From positions 32,001 through 96,000 of the IMG/VR virus record IMGVR_UViG_3300030419_005456: a DNA stretch of 64,000 nucleotides, one strand, 5' to 3'. How positions within the stretch are numbered: the first letter of the stretch is position 1; every line of letters starts with the position of its first letter. The notes beneath the pieces were generated by a model, which had not been told where the DNA came from, did not search any database, and saw only the letters and a list, made by a program, of their open reading frames with translations. This document shows, one piece after another, positions 38,826 to 48,870 of the stretch. Source of the DNA: a virus. Made by a program: the position numbers and the translations under genes.

Positions 38826-40403
38826 CTAAAGTTCTAATATTTGATCGACTATTACTCCGTCACGTTCTCCCTGTACAGATTTTCCAATAATAAGAACATT
38901 GTTTCCTGTATATAATAAATTTTTGTAGTTTTCCCAAGGTTCATTAAATACGGTAATGTTTTCAAGAACTCCTGTTCCATCTTCTACTGCAAGAAAGCCC
39001 ATCTCTTTACCCTTTTGCTTTCCTTTTTTAGTTATATACTTTCTTATATCTGTTAAGGTAACAGCCAATTTAACTGGCCCCTCTTTGCCTTGAACAACCT
39101 CCTTGCAGGTTGTGTCAGACCTACTTGTGTCGCAAGAATCAACTTTAGAATAAGTAAGGGTTACTCCAAAGTAGTTCTCTTCTGTACGGGTTATCCATTC
39201 TGGATCATCATCCAATGACGAATATGGTTTTTTAAGATGCTCTACAAGATCGCTTACTATTTCGGTGCGATTCTTGTTTGCCACACCGCCACCTTCTTTC
39301 TTTGGTTTGGAAAGTGCTGTTAGTAGCTCTTGCAAGCTGTCCCAGTTTTTATAATTTTCCAAAGCCCAGTCAGTCTCTTTGCTGGTTATTTTTTGCCAAG
39401 TGTCAAACTCGTCCAGCATTAATTGTCGAGACATTCTTGTATGCGAGAGCATGCCAGTAGAAATTAAAGCCTTGACTGCTGTGCTTGTTACGTTCTTAGA
39501 AAAGCAAACCAAAAATTCATACCATGTCCAGTCGCATATTTTTTTACCGATAAATTCTTCAGCTTTTTTAACTTCTGAACTAAGCTCTACGATTTTATTC
39601 TTACCAAGAGATTTGACATTACTTAACCCAAAGTGAATCTTGCCGTCAATTATCTCAGTATCCGCATTCATATGAGATATGGATGGCGGGTGTATAAAAA
39701 CATTGTGTATTTTAGCGTCGGATACTAGCTCTCTGACTTCTCTATGTGGGTCTTGTTTTCCGCCGGAGTATCTAAGGTAGTTACAATAAAACTCTAGGGG
39801 AAAATGTGTTTTTGCGTATGCTGACCAGTATCCACATATGGCATATGAAACCGCATGCGATTTATTAAAAGCGTACCTGCTTGATTTTTCAATCCAAGAA
39901 AATATTTCCTCTGCGGACTCTTTTGAAACAACCTTTTGTTTAGAAGCACCTTCTATAAAGGACTTTTTTATCTTTGCCATCAGGTCTGCTTTTTTCTTTC
40001 CGATAGCTTTGCGAAGATCGTCAGCTTCTTGTAGATTGAATCCAGCAATAGCCTGAGCTATTTTCATAGACTGCTCTTGGTAGACCAGAACGCCCTGCGT
40101 ATTCTTAAGAATAGGCTCTAGTGACAAATCAATGTAAGTTACACTGTCTTTGCCATTTTTTCTATCTACATAGTGTTGCGTTAGGGATTTTTCATCCACA
40201 AAGGCTTTTAGGCATCCCGGTCGAATAATTGAAACAAGAGCGGCAAGCTCTTCAATATTTCTTGGCTTGGCTCGCTTTGCCCAAGACTTGCCGAGACTGC
40301 TCTCTAGTTGAAAAACACCCTTCGTTCTTCCAGAGCAGATTAAGTCCCAAGTCGCTTTGTCGTTGTAATTAATCTCTTTTACATTAAAGGTGGATGTTTC
40401 CAT
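38826..40403 (-). CDS. dnaE: DNA polymerase III alpha, C-terminal half (fingers, HhH, OB)
   Basis: GVFQLES, IRPG, LVYQEQ, ADDLRKAIGKK, YAFNKSHA, FGLSNVK, FLAVEDGTG; likely start METSTF at 40403. Confidence 0.92.
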   Translation of the reverse strand: METSTFNVKEINYNDKATWDLICSGRTKGVFQLESSLGKSWAKRAKPRNIEELAALVSIIRPGCLKAFVDEKSLTQHYVDRKNGKDSVTYIDLSLEPILKNTQGVLVYQEQSMKIAQAIAGFNLQEADDLRKAIGKKKADLMAKIKKSFIEGASKQKVVSKESAEEIFSWIEKSSRYAFNKSHAVSYAICGYWSAYAKTHFPLEFYCNYLRYSGGKQDPHREVRELVSDAKIHNVFIHPPSISHMNADTEIIDGKIHFGLSNVKSLGKNKIVELSSEVKKAEEFIGKKICDWTWYEFLVCFSKNVTSTAVKALISTGMLSHTRMSRQLMLDEFDTWQKITSKETDWALENYKNWDSLQELLTALSKPKKEGGGVANKNRTEIVSDLVEHLKKPYSSLDDDPEWITRTEENYFGVTLTYSKVDSCDTSRSDTTCKEVVQGKEGPVKLAVTLTDIRKYITKKGKQKGKEMGFLAVEDGTGVLENITVFNEPWENYKNLLYTGNNVLIIGKSVQGERDGVIVDQILEL

Positions 40404-41064
40404 CTGCAAAAGCCTTTTCAAATTTAACCGTAGGAGCAAATTTTCTATACAACTTCATAAACCCTATGAGTAGGTTTGCTGTATCTTTCACATCTTGCAG
40501 GGCGTCATGGGCGTTTTCTTTGTCCATGCCAAGCAAGTCTCTCATAGAGTCCATGCTAAGAGACTTAACATCTGGATTATTTTCAAACCACATCCATACA
40601 GTTTCCAGCAAATCAATCCTGTGAATTCTGTTGAAGATGGTCTGCCGACCCTGCTTGTCAGTAGGGCCGTATGCCTCGCACATTCTCTGCACAATAGGCA
40701 TATCAAAACCGTTGATATTGTAGCCCGCAGCTATCGGGGCAAAATAAGGGGTTTTCTTCCAGTTATACTTGTTAACAAAGTTGTTAAACTTGCCCCACAC
40801 AGTTTTTGGAAGAGGGGCTTTTGCAAGCTTCTTCCTATCTTTTCTTGTAATGGCCAAAGCCTCATCTTCAACTGGATCAAATCCAGCAGCAACGGCCTTC
40901 TCATCGTCCAGTATTGGGCGTATTTCACTATTAAAATACCCTCCCGGTTGCACTGTTAGCTTCCTTCCATGAATAGCAACAGCGGCTATTTGCGTGGGTT
41001 GCGTTTTGAGAGGATCTCTAGAACCCGTTTCAAAGTCAAAAACAATAATATCTCTATAGTTCAT
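40384..41064 (-). CDS. DEDDh 3'-5' exonuclease (DnaQ/epsilon-like)
   Basis: FDFETG, GYN..GFD, HDALQD. Confidence 0.9.
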   Translation of the reverse strand: MNYRDIIVFDFETGSRDPLKTQPTQIAAVAIHGRKLTVQPGGYFNSEIRPILDDEKAVAAGFDPVEDEALAITRKDRKKLAKAPLPKTVWGKFNNFVNKYNWKKTPYFAPIAAGYNINGFDMPIVQRMCEAYGPTDKQGRQTIFNRIHRIDLLETVWMWFENNPDVKSLSMDSMRDLLGMDKENAHDALQDVKDTANLLIGFMKLYRKFAPTVKFEKAFADGNIHL

Positions 41065-41285
41065 CTAATTTTCCTTTTTAGATCAAAGAATTTATCTATA
41101 GCTTCGTCAACGTCTTCATACAGCACGCTAAATGAATATTTATGAGATTCATTATGAACCTGATATTTTATTACATTGTCACGCATTCGATAGTAGTCAT
41201 TAATTCTACAAATAGACAGAGATTTATATTGTTCATATCTTCCGTTATTAATTTTGTCTTTAATTCTTTGTCTATGCGTGGACAC
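41061..41285 (-). CDS. Small hypothetical protein between dnaE-N and the exonuclease
   Basis: 74-aa ORF overlapping both neighbours. Confidence 0.6.
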   Translation of the reverse strand: MSTHRQRIKDKINNGRYEQYKSLSICRINDYYRMRDNVIKYQVHNESHKYSFSVLYEDVDEAIDKFFDLKRKIR

Positions 41286-43197
41286 TATTATCTCCCTCTA
41301 ATTGGTCCCTAATTCCCATAACTTTGTCTAGTAAAGATATACCAAGTATATCAAACTTTACATGACCCATTGATTCAAGATCTCCCATTTCCATACCGGC
41401 TATTTTTTCTGTTCCTCTCTTGTCTCTAACCATTGGACAGACAGTGTTCAAATTATGTGACGAAATAACAACTCCAGCAGCATGCTTACCCTGAGACTTA
41501 AACGTACCCTCAAGTCTCATTGCTTGCTCGAACATTTTCGAGTATTCACCCTCTAGAGATCCGTCATCATTTAGTCGGCAGTAATCTCTTAATATTTCTG
41601 GTTGATTTATTAAAGTCCACTGAATAACTGAGGGGTTATCCATGTCTGCAAGCTGGTCAGAAATTTCATGCTCATACGGAAGGCTTTTTGTGATCATGTT
41701 CATCTCTTCGTATCCACAAGCCTCATTCATTCGCAAGACTTCTTTTATGGCACTTCTACCTTGCAAGCGACCAAAAGTTACCATTTGGCTTACTTTTTCA
41801 TTTCCATACTTCTGTCTAATGTAATTTATTACATCGTCTCGTTTAGAAGCCGGAACATCAATGTCTATATCAGGCAAAGATACATGATCTTTAGTGTTTC
41901 TTCCGGCGTTGTAAAATCTTTCAAAGATAAGACCATGCTCAATGGGATCAACCTGAGTAACGCCAATTAACCATGATATTAAACAGCCAGCAGCAGAACC
42001 TCTTCCCGGCCCCGGTATCCAACCATTATCTTTGACTTGGTTTACAATGTCTCTAACTATTAAGAAATAGCCCGACAGATTGGCTTCCTCTATGACCTTT
42101 AGTTCGTTTTTTACACGCTCTCCATACAAGCTCTTTTTGTCGGGAGAATCTATCTTGCTGGTGTTTTGTAATTTTGACATCCAGCCTTCTCTGCATAGAG
42201 ATTTAAGATATTCCTCCTCCGAACCGTGTTTCTCTGGATATTCAAACTCTGGAAGCATAGGGCTTCCTAGAATATCATAATGCTCACACATGTCAGCTAT
42301 GTTGGCAGCATTTTCTATTTCGCTTGGTGTGTTGACTCTTTGTATTTCTTCTAAAGAAGGTATGTGAAAATTGTGAGATCTCATAAAACCGCTAAAGCCG
42401 ACATCTTCATTATTTGCGATTTTCGATTTAATTTTCCTGAGCGTGGTCTTCATGGCTGAACACAGAAGTAACAGATGATCTCCAGCATCATTTTTTCTTG
42501 GGTAATGAGAGTCAGCAGTTGCCACTGTTGCTATCTTTAGTTTTTTCGCTATATACCTCAAACCTTGAGCTACTAATTTTGCGGCAGGAGAATTTTCTTC
42601 GTCGATAGCTTGTATTTCAATAAGAAAATTGTCTTTTCCAAAAGCATCTAAATATATGTAAACCATCTGCGTTACATTCTCTACCCAGTTTGGGTCGATA
42701 AATTTCTTAACGCCAACCTCTGTGTCTTGGTTGTATGCCTGTTTATAATCTGTAAAGATGGCATTTGCTAAGTCGCTACCAAGATGCCCACTAAACGCAA
42801 TCAGATTTCCGTTGGCATATTCAGAAAGTCTATTTAGATCAATGCGTGGTTTATAATAGTACAAGTCTTCATCGTTACTTCTAGAAACAGCCTCGATTAG
42901 ACTGTGCCATCCCTTTGCATTTTTTGACAGAACAACCAAATGGCTCAATGATCGGTTCTCTGGACTTTGTATAGTGGCGTCCTGTTCGGTAAGATAAAAT
43001 TCACACCCTAATATTGGCTTGATATTTTTATTCTTACAGGCTTGAGTAAAAGCTACAGCACCAGCCACAGTTCCATGATCTGTAAGGGCGCAAGATTCAT
43101 AACCAAGTTCTGAACAACGTTCAGCTATTTGTGAAGGCTTGCTGAGTCCATCGAGAAGAGAGTAGTGCGAGTGTAGGTGTAGAGGAGTCCAATTCAT
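41272..43197 (-). CDS. dnaE: DNA polymerase III alpha, N-terminal half (PHP + palm/thumb)
   Basis: HLHSHYSLLDG, LTDHG, GPGRGSAAG, FERF, LPDIDID, KHAAGVVI, KFDILG. Confidence 0.93.
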   Translation of the reverse strand: MNWTPLHLHSHYSLLDGLSKPSQIAERCSELGYESCALTDHGTVAGAVAFTQACKNKNIKPILGCEFYLTEQDATIQSPENRSLSHLVVLSKNAKGWHSLIEAVSRSNDEDLYYYKPRIDLNRLSEYANGNLIAFSGHLGSDLANAIFTDYKQAYNQDTEVGVKKFIDPNWVENVTQMVYIYLDAFGKDNFLIEIQAIDEENSPAAKLVAQGLRYIAKKLKIATVATADSHYPRKNDAGDHLLLLCSAMKTTLRKIKSKIANNEDVGFSGFMRSHNFHIPSLEEIQRVNTPSEIENAANIADMCEHYDILGSPMLPEFEYPEKHGSEEEYLKSLCREGWMSKLQNTSKIDSPDKKSLYGERVKNELKVIEEANLSGYFLIVRDIVNQVKDNGWIPGPGRGSAAGCLISWLIGVTQVDPIEHGLIFERFYNAGRNTKDHVSLPDIDIDVPASKRDDVINYIRQKYGNEKVSQMVTFGRLQGRSAIKEVLRMNEACGYEEMNMITKSLPYEHEISDQLADMDNPSVIQWTLINQPEILRDYCRLNDDGSLEGEYSKMFEQAMRLEGTFKSQGKHAAGVVISSHNLNTVCPMVRDKRGTEKIAGMEMGDLESMGHVKFDILGISLLDKVMGIRDQLEGDNSVHA

Positions 43198-44207
43198 TTC
43201 TTTTTCTCTGCTAAACGGCCACCGCCGTCGCCATAGTTAGAGATATTATCAACATTGCCATATTCAGCAACAACTTTATTTATGCCCTTGCGCCTTATCT
43301 CATCTCTCATATGTTGACAAACGCTTTTCTTGGAACCCTCTTTATAGGGTTCGCTAAACAGACATAACTTTCTACATTTCCAATGTGAGTTTTCATTGGA
43401 TAGCAATCTGGGGTGTTCTTTATTTTTAATATACTGAAACTTCTTCTTCAGTATTTGCTCTGCCTTTTTGTAATCATCTTCATCAAATACGAGAGAAAAG
43501 ACTCCACCGTCGTTGATATAAAATATGCTTACATAGAATTCTGCTTCTGGGTACATATTTTTTAGCGCGTAGTAGTAAAGCAAGAGTTGCGTGTCTTTTT
43601 GCAACGCTTCTGGAGTCTTTTCTTCGCCTGTTGCCCAGTTAATTCTCTTTCCGGTTTTATAATCAAGTATCTCGTAGTAATTTTCGTCATGCTTGATTAT
43701 TAGGTCAACAGTACCTTTAATAGAAAGGTTCCCTGTTATTCTTTCTTTACCAATTCTGTAATCGTATTTTGCCCAAGGTTTATCAATTTCTATGTCGAAA
43801 AACTGTTCTGTAGAAAAGACGTTTTGATTTCTTGGATCAAACGATCCGTCACTATATGCTACGGCTTTTTCTGTCCACTTTATACAAGTTTTTAACTCCG
43901 CTTTTCCTAAAACAACATCTGGAAAATTTTCAGTATAAAAGTTAAACGCCCTCTCTGTTAGCTTTGGAAGATCATCACATTGTTTTAATGTGAATTTGCC
44001 AAGCTCATCATCAGTAAAGCTTTTGTTGCCACGCTGCATGCACAGATTCTTGTCCCCCAATATCTGAAGGGCTTTGTGTACAATCGTACCCATCAAGGCT
44101 TTTTTATTTGTTCTATCCTTGAGAGACAAATTGTATTGCAGAAAATATTTCTGTTCGCAGAATTCTAGAGTGCCTAGACTACTGCTTCTGTGGTAACAAA
44201 CTATCAT
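43194..44207 (-). CDS. Cas4/AddB-like PD-(D/E)xK exonuclease
   Basis: FCEQKY, GTIVH, GTVD, LDYKTG, QLLLY, C-terminal CRKLC...C. Confidence 0.85.
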   Translation of the reverse strand: MIVCYHRSSSLGTLEFCEQKYFLQYNLSLKDRTNKKALMGTIVHKALQILGDKNLCMQRGNKSFTDDELGKFTLKQCDDLPKLTERAFNFYTENFPDVVLGKAELKTCIKWTEKAVAYSDGSFDPRNQNVFSTEQFFDIEIDKPWAKYDYRIGKERITGNLSIKGTVDLIIKHDENYYEILDYKTGKRINWATGEEKTPEALQKDTQLLLYYYALKNMYPEAEFYVSIFYINDGGVFSLVFDEDDYKKAEQILKKKFQYIKNKEHPRLLSNENSHWKCRKLCLFSEPYKEGSKKSVCQHMRDEIRRKGINKVVAEYGNVDNISNYGDGGGRLAEKKK

Positions 44208-44730
44208 CTATAGGGTCCAAATCTTTAACTTGTAAATTATACATGTCCTGATGCGTTACGAAATTATTGCTTTTGTCAACATCACCCTTTTTCCAAAGAG
44301 TGGCTTCTTTAAAATATTCATCCCTGCTTTTCTGTCCTAGCACCCAAATTGCTCTAGGGGTTGCACCTTGAAATTGTATGCTTGTAAAGATATACAGGTC
44401 TGGTTGTTGGTGTGCGCTGGTTTTTGCCACAGAAACATCATAGTAGTCACGAGGAGCGACCGTGCGGCGTTTAGTTTTAACCTCTATACGTTTGCCATTC
44501 TTGAAGAGATCATAGTTGTATTTTTCTGACCCCTCATCGTTGCTTATAATTTCGGCATCAATAAAATGAGCAACAGCCTCTTCACCGAGATAACCCGCAA
44601 AGTTACCTACACCTCCCAATATGGAGTTTCTGATTTTCCCAAGAGACTTCGCTTTCTTATGGGATGATTCAACCATCTCTTTAGTAAATGGTATATTGAT
44701 TATTAGATCTTTGCTTTTAGCCATTCCCAT
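44179..44730 (-). CDS. Restriction-endonuclease-like PD-(D/E)xK protein
   Basis: GYLGEEAV...YD....IEVKT. Confidence 0.55.
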   Translation of the reverse strand: MGMAKSKDLIINIPFTKEMVESSHKKAKSLGKIRNSILGGVGNFAGYLGEEAVAHFIDAEIISNDEGSEKYNYDLFKNGKRIEVKTKRRTVAPRDYYDVSVAKTSAHQQPDLYIFTSIQFQGATPRAIWVLGQKSRDEYFKEATLWKKGDVDKSNNFVTHQDMYNLQVKDLDPIDDSLLPQKQ

Positions 44731-45479
44731 TCCTTTAGCTGTGCCAGTATTGCTCTGTTTGTTTCGTCTATATTCATATCTTGATTGTCTATCACACAGT
44801 CAAAGCCTTCGTAATCTTTTAGTGCTGTTTCACTTGCATGCTCGTCTTCATGGGGCGTGCGGGTAAGCTTTATAACTTTTCCACCAGCTTTCTTAATTGC
44901 CTTTGCTTCATTCGGAAAACGAACGTCAGGAATTATCGCAAGCTCTGTGTTGGACTGCCTAATTCTTTTAATACACGCAGAAACCCACACGTCAGATTTT
45001 AATGTTCTGCATATATCAGTACCAAAATACTGGAGAAACTCTCGTCCAGTAAGATGACCCTCTGCTGCTTGGTCTGGGCCAGAGATTAGCCTAGACATGT
45101 CATGAGTCTTAATGTTAGTCAAAGAATTCTTTTCTTTGTCAGTTCCATAACACTGTTCTTCCGATAATCCAAAAAGCTCTATAGCGATTATCTTTAGCGG
45201 GTCTGCAAAACTAAAATGCCTAACATAAGGCCAGATAGACATGGATGCATAGTCTATAAAGTCTTGATCTCGCCTTTCTACATCGAGAATCCCAATCTCT
45301 TCTATTTCTTTTCCGCTTTCGTCCATCATGGTTGCGTTAACAAGAAGTTGACCGCTCTCATTCATCAAGAACTTTGTTATTACTTCGTTGACACGCATTT
45401 GAAATCCATAAAGAAAATTCATGGAGGTCGTTTTGCCGCTCTGCTTTACACCTGAAAGTCCAAGTATTTTCTGGGACAT
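44703..45479 (-). CDS. Deoxynucleoside monophosphate kinase
   Basis: GLSGVKQSGKTT, SFADPLK, REFLQYFGT, DVRFPNE, HASE. Confidence 0.85.
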   Translation of the reverse strand: MSQKILGLSGVKQSGKTTSMNFLYGFQMRVNEVITKFLMNESGQLLVNATMMDESGKEIEEIGILDVERRDQDFIDYASMSIWPYVRHFSFADPLKIIAIELFGLSEEQCYGTDKEKNSLTNIKTHDMSRLISGPDQAAEGHLTGREFLQYFGTDICRTLKSDVWVSACIKRIRQSNTELAIIPDVRFPNEAKAIKKAGGKVIKLTRTPHEDEHASETALKDYEGFDCVIDNQDMNIDETNRAILAQLKEWEWLKAKI

Positions 45480-45492
45480 GGGTTTTCTTCTC

Positions 45493-46506
45493 CTATATCT
45501 GGTGCTTAATTTCGTTTGAAATCTGATCTATTGTCATTTCGCCTACATCCTTGAAGGAAAAGACAGGTTCATTAATCATAAACAATGTTTGACATTTTTG
45601 CTTAATGGAACTCTTAGCCTTTTGGCCAGCCTCGTCGTTGTCGGTAAGGACGACCAGAGTGTGTGCGCCTGACATTTGTAATAATCCCGACTGAGTATCG
45701 CTTAAGCTGGAACCAAATATTCCAACCGCATTTTTTATTCCGGCCTCCCACAACTTCCAAACATCGCCCTGCCCTTCAACTAGAACGGCAGTCTTTGTTT
45801 CTCTTATACTGTCTTTCGACAGCCATAAGCCGTACAAATATGATCCTGTGTTAAAACCTTTTGAATTGACCCATTTGTAACCGTTGTGTTTTTCATGCGG
45901 TGTTCTCCCCACACAACCAACGTATTGGTAGTTCTCATCGTATACAGGAGCAACCACTCTTCCAAACATTGGTTTTCCTTTTGTTTTGCAGAGACCAACG
46001 TCAAAAGCATCTAAAGCCTCCTCAGAAAAGCCTCTTTTTAGGTAGTATTCAACCGGTCTGTGTAGATTTTTTCGCACCTCTTCTCTTGATATGTTTAGTG
46101 CTGGTTTTCTTTTTTTCTTTCTGGACATTCTATCAATTGATTTAGAGATAGAAGCGTGCCTTTCTTCAAGATCTTTTTCTGACACCTCCAAAAAATTCAA
46201 ACAAAACTCAACCGTTTCTGAGAATGTAACCTCTCTATCTTTTGATAGTACGGCTCTTACAAAACCAAGTATAGAAGGCATGTGTTTCTTTTCGCAGCTT
46301 CTTGTCCAGCATTTCCACACCCCGCTAAACTCACCCTCTGTTGTAATGGTACAGCCATTAGGATTGTCAGCACCTTCATGTATGGGGCATACAAAAGATA
46401 AATAGTCCTCGTGATCTTGATACTCTATGTCAAGAACACCAAATAGCTCTCTTATTTTGCTACCTAGTATACCACACAAAGCTACTGTGTCAACCTTCTT
46501 ATTCAA
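45493..46506 (-). CDS. dnaG: DNA primase (Zn finger + TOPRIM)
   Basis: CPIH...CWTRSC, GCVGR, LVEGQGDV, DNDEAG, KDVGEM. Confidence 0.88.
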   Translation of the reverse strand: MNKKVDTVALCGILGSKIRELFGVLDIEYQDHEDYLSFVCPIHEGADNPNGCTITTEGEFSGVWKCWTRSCEKKHMPSILGFVRAVLSKDREVTFSETVEFCLNFLEVSEKDLEERHASISKSIDRMSRKKKRKPALNISREEVRKNLHRPVEYYLKRGFSEEALDAFDVGLCKTKGKPMFGRVVAPVYDENYQYVGCVGRTPHEKHNGYKWVNSKGFNTGSYLYGLWLSKDSIRETKTAVLVEGQGDVWKLWEAGIKNAVGIFGSSLSDTQSGLLQMSGAHTLVVLTDNDEAGQKAKSSIKQKCQTLFMINEPVFSFKDVGEMTIDQISNEIKHQI

Positions 46507-47963
46507 AATGGCCTCTCTTCATCAACAACTTCTGCTTCAACAACAAAGCCTTCTTTTTGTCTTTTGGTTTGTTGCATCAGTTCTGCTTTTGTTCCCTTTT
46601 CGGTAAGCGTAGCTATGCTACCTTCCATATTCATATTAACATAGTCATAGTCTTCCATACCCGAACCATGACGAGAAACTATAGGTATTAATTTTCTGTT
46701 ACCGCTCTCTCCGTTGTCTTCTGCAATTTCTTCGTCGGATTTTTTCTTAAAGATAGAAAAGCTGCTACAAAGCCATATCAATCTGTCCGAACCGCTCACA
46801 ACGTCTGTAGACTCTTTTGTAATACCATCCCTGTTTAATTGCACAAAGCTGAGACAAGGGCAATCGTACTGTACGCAAAAATTGTGGAGCTTTGTGATTT
46901 GAAATCCTAAAACTTGAAACTCTTTCATGCTGTCATTGATTTCGTCCGAAGCCATTAATTTCAAGTAATCATATATAATCATGCAGTCATTGAGTCGTCC
47001 GTTTTCGTCATAACCAACCTTTTTGATTAACCACCTTCTTATAATGGATAAAGTTTCTTCAAAAGGCTTTCCGGCAATAGCGATGTAATCCAAAGGCATT
47101 TCTTGTATTTTGTTACTAGCCTGAGAAATCCTTTCTTTGCCGTTTACCATTTTGGTGAATTTTCCAGTGGAGATATCGTTTATATCAACCTTGCTGTATC
47201 TTGCCAGAAGTCTATTAAAATGATCTTCTTTTGACATTTCCGTATCTAGGACTAACACTGGTATGTTTAATTCACCAGCAATATGCGCACCTATATTGTC
47301 AGCAAGCATACTCTTGCCAGTTTTTGGGCGTGCCGCAATTAAGTCTACGCATTTTCGACGAAAGCCACCTCCAATAGCCGCATCAAAAGAAGCAAACCCG
47401 CTACTTATGCCAAGCATATCGCAAGGATTTGTTTCTAGGTGTTCAACATAATCACCTATTTCATCACCAAGAGTAATCGGTTTGTCTTCCACAGACCCTT
47501 GAAGGGTTGCTGAAAGCTCAAAGAATGGAGACTCACCAACACTAATTATTTTGTCTATTGTTTCATCGCCGGTAACATCATTGATGTCTGAAATGACCCT
47601 TTTGGCTCTAAGCCTTACGTCTCTAGCGATTTCTAGTTTCTTTATTTTTACAGCGTGGGTTCTTACGTTTTCTAGTTGTACGTCACAGTTTACGACCCCA
47701 GCCATATGACTGTCAGGTATCTTTTCAGAAAACGTTTTTTCTAGACCCAAGTCTGAAGCGGCACTTAGCAAAGAGGGCAGGTCTATAGTGGAAGTGTTTT
47801 CTAACGCCTTCTTAAGGCAAGAGTAAATTATCTGATTTTCTGGCAGTACGAAACTGTTTGTATTTATTATATCATCAACATCTATAAACGCTTCTTCTCC
47901 ATATTTCATGATACCGGCTATCACTACTCTTTCGGAGGCGGGATTAGATATTGACTCTTGCAT
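46503..47963 (-). CDS. dnaB: Replicative DNA helicase
   Basis: AARPKTGKS, LDTEM, IYDYLKL, QLNR, SRHG; likely start MQESIS at 47963. Confidence 0.92.
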   Translation of the reverse strand: MQESISNPASERVVIAGIMKYGEEAFIDVDDIINTNSFVLPENQIIYSCLKKALENTSTIDLPSLLSAASDLGLEKTFSEKIPDSHMAGVVNCDVQLENVRTHAVKIKKLEIARDVRLRAKRVISDINDVTGDETIDKIISVGESPFFELSATLQGSVEDKPITLGDEIGDYVEHLETNPCDMLGISSGFASFDAAIGGGFRRKCVDLIAARPKTGKSMLADNIGAHIAGELNIPVLVLDTEMSKEDHFNRLLARYSKVDINDISTGKFTKMVNGKERISQASNKIQEMPLDYIAIAGKPFEETLSIIRRWLIKKVGYDENGRLNDCMIIYDYLKLMASDEINDSMKEFQVLGFQITKLHNFCVQYDCPCLSFVQLNRDGITKESTDVVSGSDRLIWLCSSFSIFKKKSDEEIAEDNGESGNRKLIPIVSRHGSGMEDYDYVNMNMEGSIATLTEKGTKAELMQQTKRQKEGFVVEAEVVDEERPF

Positions 47964-47965
47964 TT

Positions 47966-48388
47966 TTAACCACCTACGCAACTATCACAACGAAAAAATT
48001 GTCCCTGTGCCAAGATCGGATTTACTTCACTCTCTTTTCCGCATACATGACATTGAACTTTTACGGTTGTTGAACCCTCTCTTTTTCGAGGGCTGGGGGT
48101 GTATTCTGGAGTTACAACATCTTTATGGTCTGCTCCATCGTCCACAAATGTATTTCCATCAGCCTGCACAGGGGATTTGCTGGCTAGTCTTTTGTTGTCT
48201 CGCTTTGCTGGTTTTGTTGAGAAATCCATTTCTCCTGATTTTTGCATCTGCACCGGTGCAGGTTTTGACACTTCTGGTACTCCATCTTCTGGTCGGACTT
48301 CTTCTCCCGTGAGGGCCATATACCCTTGAATAATTTCTTCCATATCATTGTTTAGTATTCCCTTTTTGATAGATTCTAATGGACTCAT
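47966..48388 (-). CDS. Hypothetical protein with a C-terminal Zn ribbon
   Basis: CHVC...CDSC. Confidence 0.6.
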   Translation of the reverse strand: MSPLESIKKGILNNDMEEIIQGYMALTGEEVRPEDGVPEVSKPAPVQMQKSGEMDFSTKPAKRDNKRLASKSPVQADGNTFVDDGADHKDVVTPEYTPSPRKREGSTTVKVQCHVCGKESEVNPILAQGQFFRCDSCVGG

Positions 48389-48870
48389 CTTCTGTTCCTT
48401 TTAACATAAGCAAGCTTTTTCAAAACATCAACTTGGTCTTGCATGTAAGATATCTTTTCTTTTAACATATCTACTCTAGATTTAGCCACCCCTTTTGCCT
48501 CTGATATGGTTCTGGCGGTTTCGTTGTTCGATATTAGAATAGGCAACTTAAGTTCCCATTTTGTGTACTGTGGATACTGATACTCAGACATCATCTTACT
48601 AAGAGCGTTATTGCACCAGTCTAATTTGATCTGCTCTTTTGTGTGTAATATATGAATGTAATCACAATACCCCGTTAAGCAGAAAGATTTTTCTAGACAT
48701 TCTTGTTCTGTAAGGTCTCTGAGTCCAGCCTCTGTTAGATTAAGTATATCTCTAACTTCATAGTTTACCTCTGTAACTTCTATAGACTTATTGTTTATAT
48801 AGTCTTCTAGGTTATCTACGAGGCGTGCGTAATCGTTAGAGGACTCCGGCAAGTTCTTTTTTCCATTCAT
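48385..48870 (-). CDS. Helical/coiled-coil hypothetical protein (possible recombination mediator)
   Basis: Coupled ORF downstream of recA; helical composition. Confidence 0.45.
   Translation of the reverse strand: MNGKKNLPESSNDYARLVDNLEDYINNKSIEVTEVNYEVRDILNLTEAGLRDLTEQECLEKSFCLTGYCDYIHILHTKEQIKLDWCNNALSKMMSEYQYPQYTKWELKLPILISNNETARTISEAKGVAKSRVDMLKEKISYMQDQVDVLKKLAYVKRNRR

Noticed and set aside
40403-41274. Split intein, intron or stop-codon read-through joining the dnaE halves
   Set aside because: No Cys/Ser-initiated intein N-block or His-Asn C-block. The spacer is fully occupied by two overlapping ORFs. Reading through the TAG at 41272 meets TAA after three more codons.
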